Shown piece after piece: positions 36,261 through 45,234 of a stretch of 64,000 bases of DNA. Below the pieces are notes generated by a model. That model ran no database searches, had not been told where the DNA came from, and worked only from the letters and a program-made list of their open reading frames with translations. The position numbers were made by a program, and so were the translations under genes. Source of the stretch: Natronospirales bacterium (GTDB lineage Bacteria; Pseudomonadota; Gammaproteobacteria; Natronospirales; REEB76); assembly GCA_021792635.1 (NCBI GenBank), contig JAJYUH010000005.1, positions 11,717 through 75,716 on the forward strand, in the 5' to 3' direction. Positions within the stretch are counted from its first letter, which is position 1. Every line of letters begins with the position of its first letter.

Positions 36261-36893
36261 TCAGGGCAGCCGTACACCCGGGTAGTGACGTTGCGGATGC
36301 CCGGCGATATCCAGGTACAACGCATGCAGCTTACCCGCGGAGGCGGCCAGTTCCGCCTGTTCGCCGGTGTTCATCAGAATATCATCTCCGGCTGCCAGGC
36401 GCCGCTGCCGGTCCGCCTGCGCGGCGAGCATGACGCGGGCGGACGCCTCACTTTCACCGTCACGTGATATCAGCCGGGCCAGTTGCACCGGCTCGGGGCA
36501 GTCCACCACCAGCACCCGGTCCACGAGCGCCCGGGCCTGCGGCTTTTCCACCAGCAGCGGAATCACGGCGATGGCGTAGGGAGCGCGGCACGCAGCGAGC
36601 GCGTGTCGCAGCCGCCGGATGATCAGGGGGTGCAGCAGGGCTTCCACCCGCGCCCTCAGCTCCGCGTCGCCGAACAATTGCCGGCGCAGGCGGGTGCGAT
36701 CGAGCCGGCCCTGGCTGTCCGGACATGGCCCGCCGAGCAGTGCAGTCAGTTGCGTAAGCACGGGGCTGCCGGGCGCGGTAAGTTCCCGGGAGAGGGCATC
36801 CGCATCCACCACCGGTACGCCGAGACGCGCGAACTCCGCGGCCAGCGCGGACTTGCCGCTGGCGATGCCGCCGGTGAGCCCCACCTTGAACAC
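36261..36893 (-). CDS. coaE: Dephospho-CoA kinase CoaE
   Basis: GTG start at 36891-36893 giving (M)FKVGLTGGIASGKS (P-loop), 5 nt after the pilD stop. The 339 aa track ORF is an out-of-context upstream extension through pilD. Confidence 0.88.
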   Translation of the reverse strand: MFKVGLTGGIASGKSALAAEFARLGVPVVDADALSRELTAPGSPVLTQLTALLGGPCPDSQGRLDRTRLRRQLFGDAELRARVEALLHPLIIRRLRHALAACRAPYAIAVIPLLVEKPQARALVDRVLVVDCPEPVQLARLISRDGESEASARVMLAAQADRQRRLAAGDDILMNTGEQAELAASAGKLHALYLDIAGHPQRHYPGVRLP

Positions 36894-36898
36894 GGGGG

Positions 36899-37768
36899 TT
36901 AATTGCCCCCCATCAGGCCCAGATAAGCACGGGTAAGTTCGTGCCCCCACAAGAGCGCGATCCAGCCGGCCACGGCCAGATAAGGCCCGAAGGGGATGGG
37001 GATACCGCGTTGCAGGCGGCGGCTGAGAATGAGTCCTATCCCCACCAGCGCGCCGGTCGCCGCCGCAATCAGGATGATCAGCGGCAGACGCTGCCAGCCA
37101 AGCCAGGCGCCCAGCAAGGCATACAGTTTGAAGTCGCCGTAACCCATGCCTTCCTTGCCGGTCAGCAGCCGGAAGGCGTGATAGACGCACCACAGGCTCA
37201 CATACCCCGCCGCCGCGCCGATGAGGGCGGAGCGGGGATCGGTAAAGGTATGGCCGAGGTTGAACAGCAGGCCGAGCCACAGGATGGGCAGGGTCAGGTT
37301 GTCCGGCAGCAATTGCTTCTCCAGGTCAATGGCTGCCAGGGCCAGTAACGCCCAGGTGAGTAGCAGGGCTCCCAGAGCCGGCCAGCCGAAACCGAAATGC
37401 CAGGCCAGCCAGCCGGAGAGCGTGCCGGAAAGGATTTCAATCACGAGATAACGTGGCGAGATGCGGCCGGCGCACGCGCGGCAGCGGCCGCGCAACAGCA
37501 GAAAGCTCACTACCGGAATGTTCTCGAGCGCGCCGATGAGATGACCGCAGTGCGGGCAGCGGGAACGGGGCACCACCAAGTTGTAGGGTTCCGCCGCCGC
37601 CGGCGTGGCGCCCTGCAGCTCCGCGCAATGCGCCTGCCACTCCCGTTCCAGCATGACGGGCAGGCGGTGAATCACCACATTCAGGAAGCTGCCCACGATC
37701 AGGCCGAGGCATGCCGCCACGACGACAAATGCCGGCGGAGTGGTCTCGAGGAAAGACACCAGGTACAT
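36899..37768 (-). CDS. pilD: Prepilin peptidase / N-methyltransferase PilD (A24 family)
   Basis: 289 aa polytopic protein with CPHCGH and C..C zinc motifs in the cytoplasmic loop, plus GMGYGDFKL and a second Asp motif. Confidence 0.93.
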   Translation of the reverse strand: MYLVSFLETTPPAFVVVAACLGLIVGSFLNVVIHRLPVMLEREWQAHCAELQGATPAAAEPYNLVVPRSRCPHCGHLIGALENIPVVSFLLLRGRCRACAGRISPRYLVIEILSGTLSGWLAWHFGFGWPALGALLLTWALLALAAIDLEKQLLPDNLTLPILWLGLLFNLGHTFTDPRSALIGAAAGYVSLWCVYHAFRLLTGKEGMGYGDFKLYALLGAWLGWQRLPLIILIAAATGALVGIGLILSRRLQRGIPIPFGPYLAVAGWIALLWGHELTRAYLGLMGGN

Positions 37769-37833
37769 GCGCGAGCCTTGTGAGAACGGTTGAGAAAAGG
37801 GGCGCGGTCAGCGCCCCTTGGAACGGGAGAGGA

Positions 37834-39054
37834 TCAGAATGCGTTGCCCAGGTTGAAGATGGGCAGGTACATGGCCACCACGAGACCGCCCACCAGTATG
37901 CCCAGGATCACCATGATGAACGGTTCCATCAGGCTCGACATGCTGTCCACGGCGTTATCCACTTCCTCTTCGTAGAAATCCGCCACCTTGGCTGCCATGG
38001 TGTCAATGGAGCCCGCCTCCTCGCCGATGGCGATCATCTGCACCACCACGTGGGGGAAGATGCCGGCCTGGCTCATGGCCAGATTCAACTGCTGGCCGGT
38101 AGAGACTTGGTCGCGCATTTTCAAGACCGCCTTTTCATAAACTACGTTACCCGTGGCGCCGGCCACCGATGCCAATGCTTCCACCAGGTTCACGCCGGCG
38201 GCGAACATGGTGGACAGGGTGCGGGCGAAACGCGCAATCGCAGCCTTGTTGAGGACCATGCCGATGACGGGGATCTTCAGCAGCACCCGGTCCAGAAATT
38301 CGTGGAAACGCGGCGAACGCTTTCTGCCCTCCACCAAGCCGACAATGGCGGCAATAATGAGGATCAGGTACAGCCAGCCTTTGGTGCGCACGGATTTCGA
38401 CAGATTGACCACCATCTGGGTGAAAGCCGGCAGATTGGCGCCCGCGCTTTTGAACAAGGACTGGAATTCCGGGATCACGAAGATCAACAGGATGGCGGTG
38501 ACCACGATGGCCACTACCACCACCGCCGCAGGATAGAACATGGCTTTCTTGATCTTTTTCTTGATGGCCTCGGTTTTTTCCTTGTAGGCGGCGATTTTGT
38601 CCAGCAGAGTTTCCAGGGCGCCGGAATGTTCGCCGGCACGCACCAGGTTCACAAACAGATTGTCGAAATACAGCGGCTGCTTGGCCAGGGAGTCTGCCAG
38701 GGTGTTGCCGGATTCCACGTCGGCCTTGATGCCGAGCACCATATTCTGCATGCGCGGGTTGCCGTGCCCCCTGCCGATGATATCAATGGCCTGCACCAGC
38801 GGCACCCCGGCCGACATCATGGTGGCCAGTTGGCGGCTGAAGAACGCGATATCCGCGGTTTTGATGCGCTTGCCGCGCCCGGCGGATAACAGAAAGCTTT
38901 CCTTGCGGATCTTGAGCGGCGCGATGCCCTGCCGGCGCAGATCCGCCTTGACCGCCGCCTCGCTGGAGGCCATGGTCTTGCCCTTGATGCGGTTGCCCTT
39001 CTTGTCCGTGCCTTCCCAGAAGAAGTTTGCCTGCTTGACTGCTGCGACTGCCAT
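37834..39054 (-). CDS. pilC: Type IV pilus platform protein PilC (GspF family)
   Basis: 406 aa with two GspF repeats (FSRQLATMMSAGVPLVQAI / FARTLSTMFAAGVNLVEAL). Confidence 0.93.
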   Translation of the reverse strand: MAVAAVKQANFFWEGTDKKGNRIKGKTMASSEAAVKADLRRQGIAPLKIRKESFLLSAGRGKRIKTADIAFFSRQLATMMSAGVPLVQAIDIIGRGHGNPRMQNMVLGIKADVESGNTLADSLAKQPLYFDNLFVNLVRAGEHSGALETLLDKIAAYKEKTEAIKKKIKKAMFYPAAVVVVAIVVTAILLIFVIPEFQSLFKSAGANLPAFTQMVVNLSKSVRTKGWLYLILIIAAIVGLVEGRKRSPRFHEFLDRVLLKIPVIGMVLNKAAIARFARTLSTMFAAGVNLVEALASVAGATGNVVYEKAVLKMRDQVSTGQQLNLAMSQAGIFPHVVVQMIAIGEEAGSIDTMAAKVADFYEEEVDNAVDSMSSLMEPFIMVILGILVGGLVVAMYLPIFNLGNAF

Positions 39055-39075
39055 GATGCTGCTTCCCTTTATTGC

Positions 39076-40791
39076 CTATTCGGTGATCACGCGGTTCAAT
39101 TCCGCGAGACTGAGGATACCGTGTTTGACCTTGTGCAGCCCCGCCCGGTGCAGATCCCACACCCCTTCCTTGGCGGCCTGGTCCGCGATCTGGATGGCGT
39201 TGCCGCCCTCCATGATGAGGCGGCCCATGGCTTCGGAAACAGGCATGACCTGGTAGATACCGGTGCGTCCCTTGTATCCGTCGGTACACTGGTCACAGCC
39301 TACCGCTTCGTAAATCTCCATCCCGGATGCGGCCTCGTCCTCGCTGAAGCCCTCCTTGAGCAGCGCCTCCCGCGGGATTTTGACCGCACGCCTGCAATGC
39401 GTGCACAGTCTGCGTGCCAGACGCTGCGCGATGATGAGGTTGACCGCGGTGGCGATGGAATACGGCGGTACGCCGACGTCCGCCAGGCGCGTGAGGGTTT
39501 TCGGCGCATCGTTGGTGTGCAGCGTGGCCAGCACCAGATGGCCGGTCTGTGCGGCCTTGACCGCGATCTCCGCGGTTTCCAGATCGCGGATTTCGCCCAC
39601 CAGGATCACGTCCGGGTCCTGGCGCAGGAAGGAGCGCAACGCGGAGGCGAAGGTCAGGCCCACCTTGGGATGCACGTTCACCTGGTTCACTCCGGGCAAC
39701 TGGATTTCCACCGGGTCTTCCGCGGTACAGATGTTCCGGTCCTGAGTGTTGAGGATGTTGACGCCGGTGTACAGCGACACGGTTTTGCCGCTGCCGGTGG
39801 GGCCGGTTACCAGGATCATGCCATAAGGACGCGCCAGGGCCCCGAGGTACAATTCCTTCTGGAAATCCTCGTAGCCCAGCGCGTCAATGCCCAGTCTGGC
39901 GCTGGCGGGATCCAGAATGCGCAGCACGATCTTCTCGCCCCAGAGTGTCGGGCAAGTGTTGACACGAAAATCAATGGACCGGGTTTTCGACAGCTTGAGT
40001 TTGATGCGGCCGTCCTGGGGGATACGCCGTTCGGAAATATCCAATCGCGCCAGCACTTTGAGGCGCGCCGCAATCTTCATCGTCAGCGCCACCGGAGGTT
40101 GCGCCACTTCACGCAGCATGCCGTCCTGGCGCAGACGGATGCGGTAGAATTTCTCGTAAGGCTCGAAATGTATGTCCGATGCGCCTTTATTGATGGCATC
40201 CAGCATGATCTTGTTGATGAAGCGCACCACCGGCGCATCATCCACGTCGGCATTCGGTTCATCGAGTGTGTGTGCGTCTTCATCACCGGCGGAGATTTCC
40301 AGCCTGCCGAGGTCGTCGTCGAGATCCCCCATGGCCGTATCCATGGAACGCACCGCCTTTTCGATGGCGCGCGCGAGCTTGTCTTCCTCCACCACCACCG
40401 CTTCCGCCGTCAGTCCGGTACCGAACCGGATTTCATCCAGCGCCCGCAGGTTGGCTGGGTCGGAAACCCCCACAAAAATCCTGCGGCCGCGGCGGAACAG
40501 CGGCAGCACGTGGTGCTTTTCGATGAGCTGTGCTTCCATCTCCTTCAGGGGGGCGTGGGCCAGGTCAACGGCGTCCAGATCCAGCACCGGCACGCCGAAT
40601 TCATCGGCAGCGATGCTCGCCAGGATGTTGGCGTTGAGTTTCTTGTGACGCACCAGATAGGAGACCAGCAGCAGTTTTTCCTGCGCCGCTTCCCGCTGTA
40701 CTTCCAGGGCATGGGCTTCGCTCAGCAAACCGTCGGCCACCAGCCTGCGGGGCAGGCCGGTGAGGTTCACTCTGACGGTGGTTGTAGCCAT
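39076..40791 (-). CDS. pilB: Type IV pilus assembly ATPase PilB
   Basis: Start at MATTTVRVNLTG (ATG 40789-40791). Walker A GPTGSGKT, Asp and His boxes, tetracysteine CTHC...CDQC. Confidence 0.95.
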   Translation of the reverse strand: MATTTVRVNLTGLPRRLVADGLLSEAHALEVQREAAQEKLLLVSYLVRHKKLNANILASIAADEFGVPVLDLDAVDLAHAPLKEMEAQLIEKHHVLPLFRRGRRIFVGVSDPANLRALDEIRFGTGLTAEAVVVEEDKLARAIEKAVRSMDTAMGDLDDDLGRLEISAGDEDAHTLDEPNADVDDAPVVRFINKIMLDAINKGASDIHFEPYEKFYRIRLRQDGMLREVAQPPVALTMKIAARLKVLARLDISERRIPQDGRIKLKLSKTRSIDFRVNTCPTLWGEKIVLRILDPASARLGIDALGYEDFQKELYLGALARPYGMILVTGPTGSGKTVSLYTGVNILNTQDRNICTAEDPVEIQLPGVNQVNVHPKVGLTFASALRSFLRQDPDVILVGEIRDLETAEIAVKAAQTGHLVLATLHTNDAPKTLTRLADVGVPPYSIATAVNLIIAQRLARRLCTHCRRAVKIPREALLKEGFSEDEAASGMEIYEAVGCDQCTDGYKGRTGIYQVMPVSEAMGRLIMEGGNAIQIADQAAKEGVWDLHRAGLHKVKHGILSLAELNRVITE

Positions 40792-41260
40792 ATTCGCGTT
40801 CCTTTGTCCCGGCGGCCTCAAACCACCGCCGCGGGCTTTAGATAGTAGAGTATCGGCCGGAAATGTCCAAGTGTGGCGCGGCCCTGCGGCAGAGCCAGGG
40901 ACGGACCTGAGCAGCAGAGCGCCTGGCCGGGAGGTGGAGCGGGGCTGGTATCCCGGTGCCCCTGATGGGCCACGGCGAAGGCTACTGAATTTCCCCCGGC
41001 GGTCATGGCGGCCAAGTCAATCTTGGGCCACATGCCAGCGGCGTTGATTGTTCAGAGTGCGGCTTTGCAGGTTTATACTGACCATGATACGCCGCGCGTG
41101 ACGTTCCGGCAGGAACGTCCGTGTGTCCGTAAGTTGGGCGCGTTTGCCGGAGCGATTATATTTATGCCGCTTCCGGTTGCTTCATTTTATCCCGGCTTTT
41201 GACGTGGGGCATGGTGAGCATTGAGATAATCACCGTAACCGAGTATGCAGCAGGTGAGCA

Positions 41261-42238
41261 GTGGACCATAGATTTGAAAAAACAGAATCGCCCGGTGTTG
41301 ACGTTGTACTGCCATTTTTCAATGCAGATTCTCGTATTCATCGCTCAATTCGTTCGATCCTCAACCAGAAACTGCCGGTGACGAAAAAATTGCGGTTAAT
41401 CATTGTGGATGACGGGTCCACCGAAGGCGGAAATATTCTGGAAAGCACGGGCGATGCAAGGATTACCATCATAAGACATGACATCAATAAAGGACGCGCT
41501 GCCGCGAGAAATACCGGAGCAAATGAGGGGCGTGGCGAAGTTATATTATTCCTGGATTCTGACTGCGTGCTGGAATCAGATTTGGCCTTGTCATCGCATT
41601 TATCTGTTCTGGAGGAGCATGACATGAGCGTTGGGCGGGTGAATGCCCATGTGGCCGGTTTCTGGGAACGCTACCAGAATGAACTTTCAACTCGCAGGCT
41701 GGCCCGTCTTGAGAAGAGCATGGATATCGAAGCTTTTACGGCTGCAAACTACGCCATAAAGAGGAGCGCATTCAGGGTCATTGACGGGTTCGATGAGCGG
41801 TACGTCAGCTACGGTTTTGAGGATCGGGATTTTTTCGTTCGGGCGCGTGCTAAAGGCCTGAAGATGGGCTTGGCGAAATCTTCGGTGGCCTACCATGAGG
41901 CGGATCTGAGTCTTGCGTCGGTGTGTGCAAAAATGAAGAACGCGGGTCAACGCACATCAACCCTGTTTATGGCCTCACATCCAGACTGTTATGCACGCAT
42001 GGGCTATGCAAAAGTGGATGTTAGATTGCATGGCAGACTGTTTAAATTATCAGTCCATGCCTCTTGGTGGTTGTTGGGGCCATGCGTGCGCATGGCAGAC
42101 CAGATGTTGCATATGGAAATTATTCCATTCCGTTTACGTGCAGGATGCGTAAGAGCATTCACAGCCATGGCATTTGCCTATGGAACAGTGTTGGCCTGTG
42201 GAAAAGATCGGCAGCGGAAAAACGACATGCCTGTGTGA
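41261..42238 (+). CDS. Glycosyltransferase family 2
   Basis: GTG start. VDVVLPFFNADSRIHRSIRSILNQ ... IIVDDGSTEG ... FLDSDC (DxD); GT-A fold signature. Markedly AT-richer than the core genes. Confidence 0.8.
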   Translation: MDHRFEKTESPGVDVVLPFFNADSRIHRSIRSILNQKLPVTKKLRLIIVDDGSTEGGNILESTGDARITIIRHDINKGRAAARNTGANEGRGEVILFLDSDCVLESDLALSSHLSVLEEHDMSVGRVNAHVAGFWERYQNELSTRRLARLEKSMDIEAFTAANYAIKRSAFRVIDGFDERYVSYGFEDRDFFVRARAKGLKMGLAKSSVAYHEADLSLASVCAKMKNAGQRTSTLFMASHPDCYARMGYAKVDVRLHGRLFKLSVHASWWLLGPCVRMADQMLHMEIIPFRLRAGCVRAFTAMAFAYGTVLACGKDRQRKNDMPV

Positions 42239-42297
42239 GAATGAAGCGCTGATCAATATTCAAGCTTTCAAGATATAAAATCATGGCGCGTTCTTGG

Positions 42298-43542
42298 TCA
42301 GTTATTGCAATCCCGCATTTTATCTCCACGCATGGCGATACGCTTCAATACTCCGGCATAGGCTTCGGCTTTTACCGCCCAGTCGTAGCGATCTACGGCG
42401 AAATCTCGTGCTTGCTTGCCAAGCAATCCGGCCATTGATCGGTCGCTCAGTATGCGGCAGATGGCTTTGGCAAGAGCAGGCGCGTCTCCCATGGGGACTA
42501 TCAGGCCGGTTGTGTCATTGTGAACCAGGTCATTGACCGCCGGTACCGTCGTGGTAACGACAGGACATCCACAACCCATGGCTTCCACCAAAACCAGGCC
42601 CAGGCCTTCCTGGTCGCCGCCGTCCGCGATCACAAAAGGCGCTGCGAATACCGCGGCCTGACGATAGCGGAAAGGGAGTTCGTCATTTCTAAGAGCGCCC
42701 ATGAAGGTAACTTTCGACACCAACCCAAGTCTGGTTGCTTGGCTGAGTAATCGCGCGCTCTCTGGACCCGAACCAATTATATTGAGATGTGCACGGGGAT
42801 GCTGTTTGAGAATAGCCGGTAAGGCATCAATCAGGTGCCGCAGGCCCTTCTTTTCCACCAGCCGTCCAACAAACAGTATCTCCGTGGTGGAGCGCTCAGC
42901 CGTCGTACCGGGGGTGAATCTGCAGGTCAGATCAACTCCCATGGATATCACATGAACTTTAGAGGTATCCGCGCCAATTTCGCATAATCGTTCCAGCATC
43001 GTTTGGCTTACTACGGTCACCGCCGCCGCCCTTTTGATAACCGCCCGTTGCAACATAGCCATTCCTTTCCCTCTAAGAGCGAACAGATCTGCCCCATGAG
43101 AAGTGACCAGGAAAGGTACCCCGGTCAAAACCGGTCTGGCCTGCCAGGCGGCGGCAATACCTTGTGGTATAAGCCAGTGCGCGTGGATTACATCAACCTG
43201 CTGCGACCGGATCAAACGTCTTAAAGCCAGACATAACCCTGCAAGGAAGAATGGAATCAGGATGAATTTCCATGGATGTCGACGGAGATTGGAAATAATC
43301 CCGCCTTGATTGACCAATGTTTCCATGGAGGAAAGGAAATAGCGGAAACGGATGACCCGGACTCCATCAAGATTTTCGCTCCTGGATGAGCCTGGCGCAT
43401 GGGGAGCAAGCACAGTCACATCAAAATGGGCGGTTAATCTGCGTGAAAGCTCGTGCACAAAGCCGGGCTCTGCATCACCCGGCCAACGCGGATAGGTGGA
43501 AGAGAGGACGAGAAGCCTGGGCTTTGCGTTGTTTTCACTCAT
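42298..43542 (-). CDS. Glycosyltransferase family 4 (GT-B fold)
   Basis: Start at MSENNAKPRLLVLSSTYPRWPGD. C-terminal EGLGLVLVEAMGCGCPVVTT (E-x7-E-type motif). Confidence 0.8.
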   Translation of the reverse strand: MSENNAKPRLLVLSSTYPRWPGDAEPGFVHELSRRLTAHFDVTVLAPHAPGSSRSENLDGVRVIRFRYFLSSMETLVNQGGIISNLRRHPWKFILIPFFLAGLCLALRRLIRSQQVDVIHAHWLIPQGIAAAWQARPVLTGVPFLVTSHGADLFALRGKGMAMLQRAVIKRAAAVTVVSQTMLERLCEIGADTSKVHVISMGVDLTCRFTPGTTAERSTTEILFVGRLVEKKGLRHLIDALPAILKQHPRAHLNIIGSGPESARLLSQATRLGLVSKVTFMGALRNDELPFRYRQAAVFAAPFVIADGGDQEGLGLVLVEAMGCGCPVVTTTVPAVNDLVHNDTTGLIVPMGDAPALAKAICRILSDRSMAGLLGKQARDFAVDRYDWAVKAEAYAGVLKRIAMRGDKMRDCNN

Positions 43543-44176
43543 TGGAACCCGACTTGGAGAACCTGGATACCCATTTGTTGGGTGCATATGCTATCCCATA
43601 ACCGATATTCAGAGACGTCATAGTGATGATTCTGGGATCAGGGATACCACTTGTTCAATTGGTGAAGGCATTCCGGGAAGCGGCTGGCTCAACCATGCAA
43701 GTCCCGAGACCGGATCGTGCAAGCGGCAGTCTGCGTCTGACACATGGCAACCGAAGCGCTGTTTTCCCGGGTGCTCATGGAGCAGCATGCCGGACATACC
43801 GGCCATTTCCATCTGTCAGCAAGCTGACACTTCCTGTAACGTCGTTTTGTACAGCGCAGGTAGAACAGTGACGAGTGGCGATAATTGTTCCGATATGAAG
43901 TGGCGTCCGCTCCTCATAGTCTGGCAATATACCGTTCTTCAATACCGGATCCCAGAGGCGTGATTTCTGCCGGCGGCAGATCGGTCAAGAGTAGCCAAGA
44001 TAACCGAATGCCGTCCTGCATTTTATGGTGCCGGCAAGCCGCCGGTTCGGTACGCCTGTGGATCAGGACACATGACTTTGCAAGCGCAGATTGACCGGTA
44101 TGATACAGAGCAAATAATGTCACGCAAGGCCGAGGTATCGCCTGTACATGAATGTATTAAAGGATGCTGGATCTCG

Positions 44177-45211
44177 ATGACGCCTGAAATTACAACTATT
44201 ATTCCGACTTTCAGGCGGCCAACGCTTCTGCGGCGCGCCATATTAAGTGCGCTTGCGCAGAGGGGTCCATCATTGCAAGTATGCATTTACGACAATGCAT
44301 CGGGCGATGCAACGGCCGGCGTTGTCGCTGAGCTGGCCGCCGAAGACCCGCGAGTCAAGTATTTCTGCCATCCAAGCAATATCGGCGGTGTGGCGAATTT
44401 TCAGTATGGCCTGACCCATGTTACAACGCCGCTATTTTCGTTCCTTTCGGATGATGATGTGCTGCTGCCGGATTTTTATACAACAGCGGTGAAAGACCTG
44501 GAGGAATTTCCGGACGCAGCTTTCTGGTGTGGAGTAACGGTAACAATGTCGCCCGACGGGACCCTCTATGCCGCCCGCGCAGCGGACTGGCCAAGGTTCG
44601 GGTTGCTTGCGCCGCCCGAAGGTGTGCTGCAGATGATCAAGGGCAGCCAGCCGTGCTGGACAAGCGTGCTTTTCCGGCGAACGGCCGTCAGCCGGTACGG
44701 TCTTTTGAATGAGCGATTGGATGGGCCCTCTGACCTGGAGTATCTGCTCAGGATTGCGGCGCGCAGCCCGTTCATCGCGTCAAAACATCCAGCCGCACTG
44801 TTTTTGCTCAATCCGGAATCATTCAGCGAAACTTTGCCTTTAAAACGTTTTTGGCCCGGATGGCAGGAAATGATACGAAGCGTGAGCGCCACTGCAGGAT
44901 TGGGAACACAGGACAGGATCGCGATCGAACAGGGACTGAATGCAAACGCGCGGCGCATGTTGTTCCGGCGTGGGGCTGCGGCGCTGGCCAAGAAAGATTA
45001 TGCATTCAGTAGCGAGGCGGCAGCCATTCTTTCAAAACATTACCGGGACAACCTGCGCTCGGCCGTTCTTGACGGATTAAGCCTGGCTTGCATGAAACTG
45101 CCATTTCTGCAGATGTGCTATTCGTCTGCATACCGTTCGGCGGAGCGGATACTCCTGTATAAGCGGGTTGCGTTACGAAGACAATATGGCCGTTTTTCCA
45201 GGTTTCTTTAG
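44177..45211 (+). CDS. Glycosyltransferase family 2
   Basis: Start at MTPEITTIIPTFRRPTLLRRAILSALAQ ... IYDNASGD ... FLSDDD (DxD). The ORF-track start at 44072 is an upstream extension. Confidence 0.8.
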   Translation: MTPEITTIIPTFRRPTLLRRAILSALAQRGPSLQVCIYDNASGDATAGVVAELAAEDPRVKYFCHPSNIGGVANFQYGLTHVTTPLFSFLSDDDVLLPDFYTTAVKDLEEFPDAAFWCGVTVTMSPDGTLYAARAADWPRFGLLAPPEGVLQMIKGSQPCWTSVLFRRTAVSRYGLLNERLDGPSDLEYLLRIAARSPFIASKHPAALFLLNPESFSETLPLKRFWPGWQEMIRSVSATAGLGTQDRIAIEQGLNANARRMLFRRGAAALAKKDYAFSSEAAAILSKHYRDNLRSAVLDGLSLACMKLPFLQMCYSSAYRSAERILLYKRVALRRQYGRFSRFL

Positions 45212-45234
45212 AAAAAATGTCCGCGCCCCTGTCA

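Noticed and set aside
36894-37280. N-terminal extension of the coaE ORF (339 aa) running through pilD
   Set aside because: The CoaE P-loop begins right after a GTG at 36893, next to the pilD stop. The extension overlaps pilD in another frame and is Pro/Arg/Gly-rich.
39121-40845. 574 aa ORF antisense to pilB
   Set aside because: Antisense to a canonical PilB ATPase. This is an artefact.
40792-41260. tRNA gene or integrase attachment site at the pilB-proximal island border
   Set aside because: I expected one by analogy with the tRNA-Thr next to P. aeruginosa pilA. I could not find a cloverleaf-compatible sequence, a GGTTCGAATCC-type T arm or an integrase gene. The border mechanism remains unknown.
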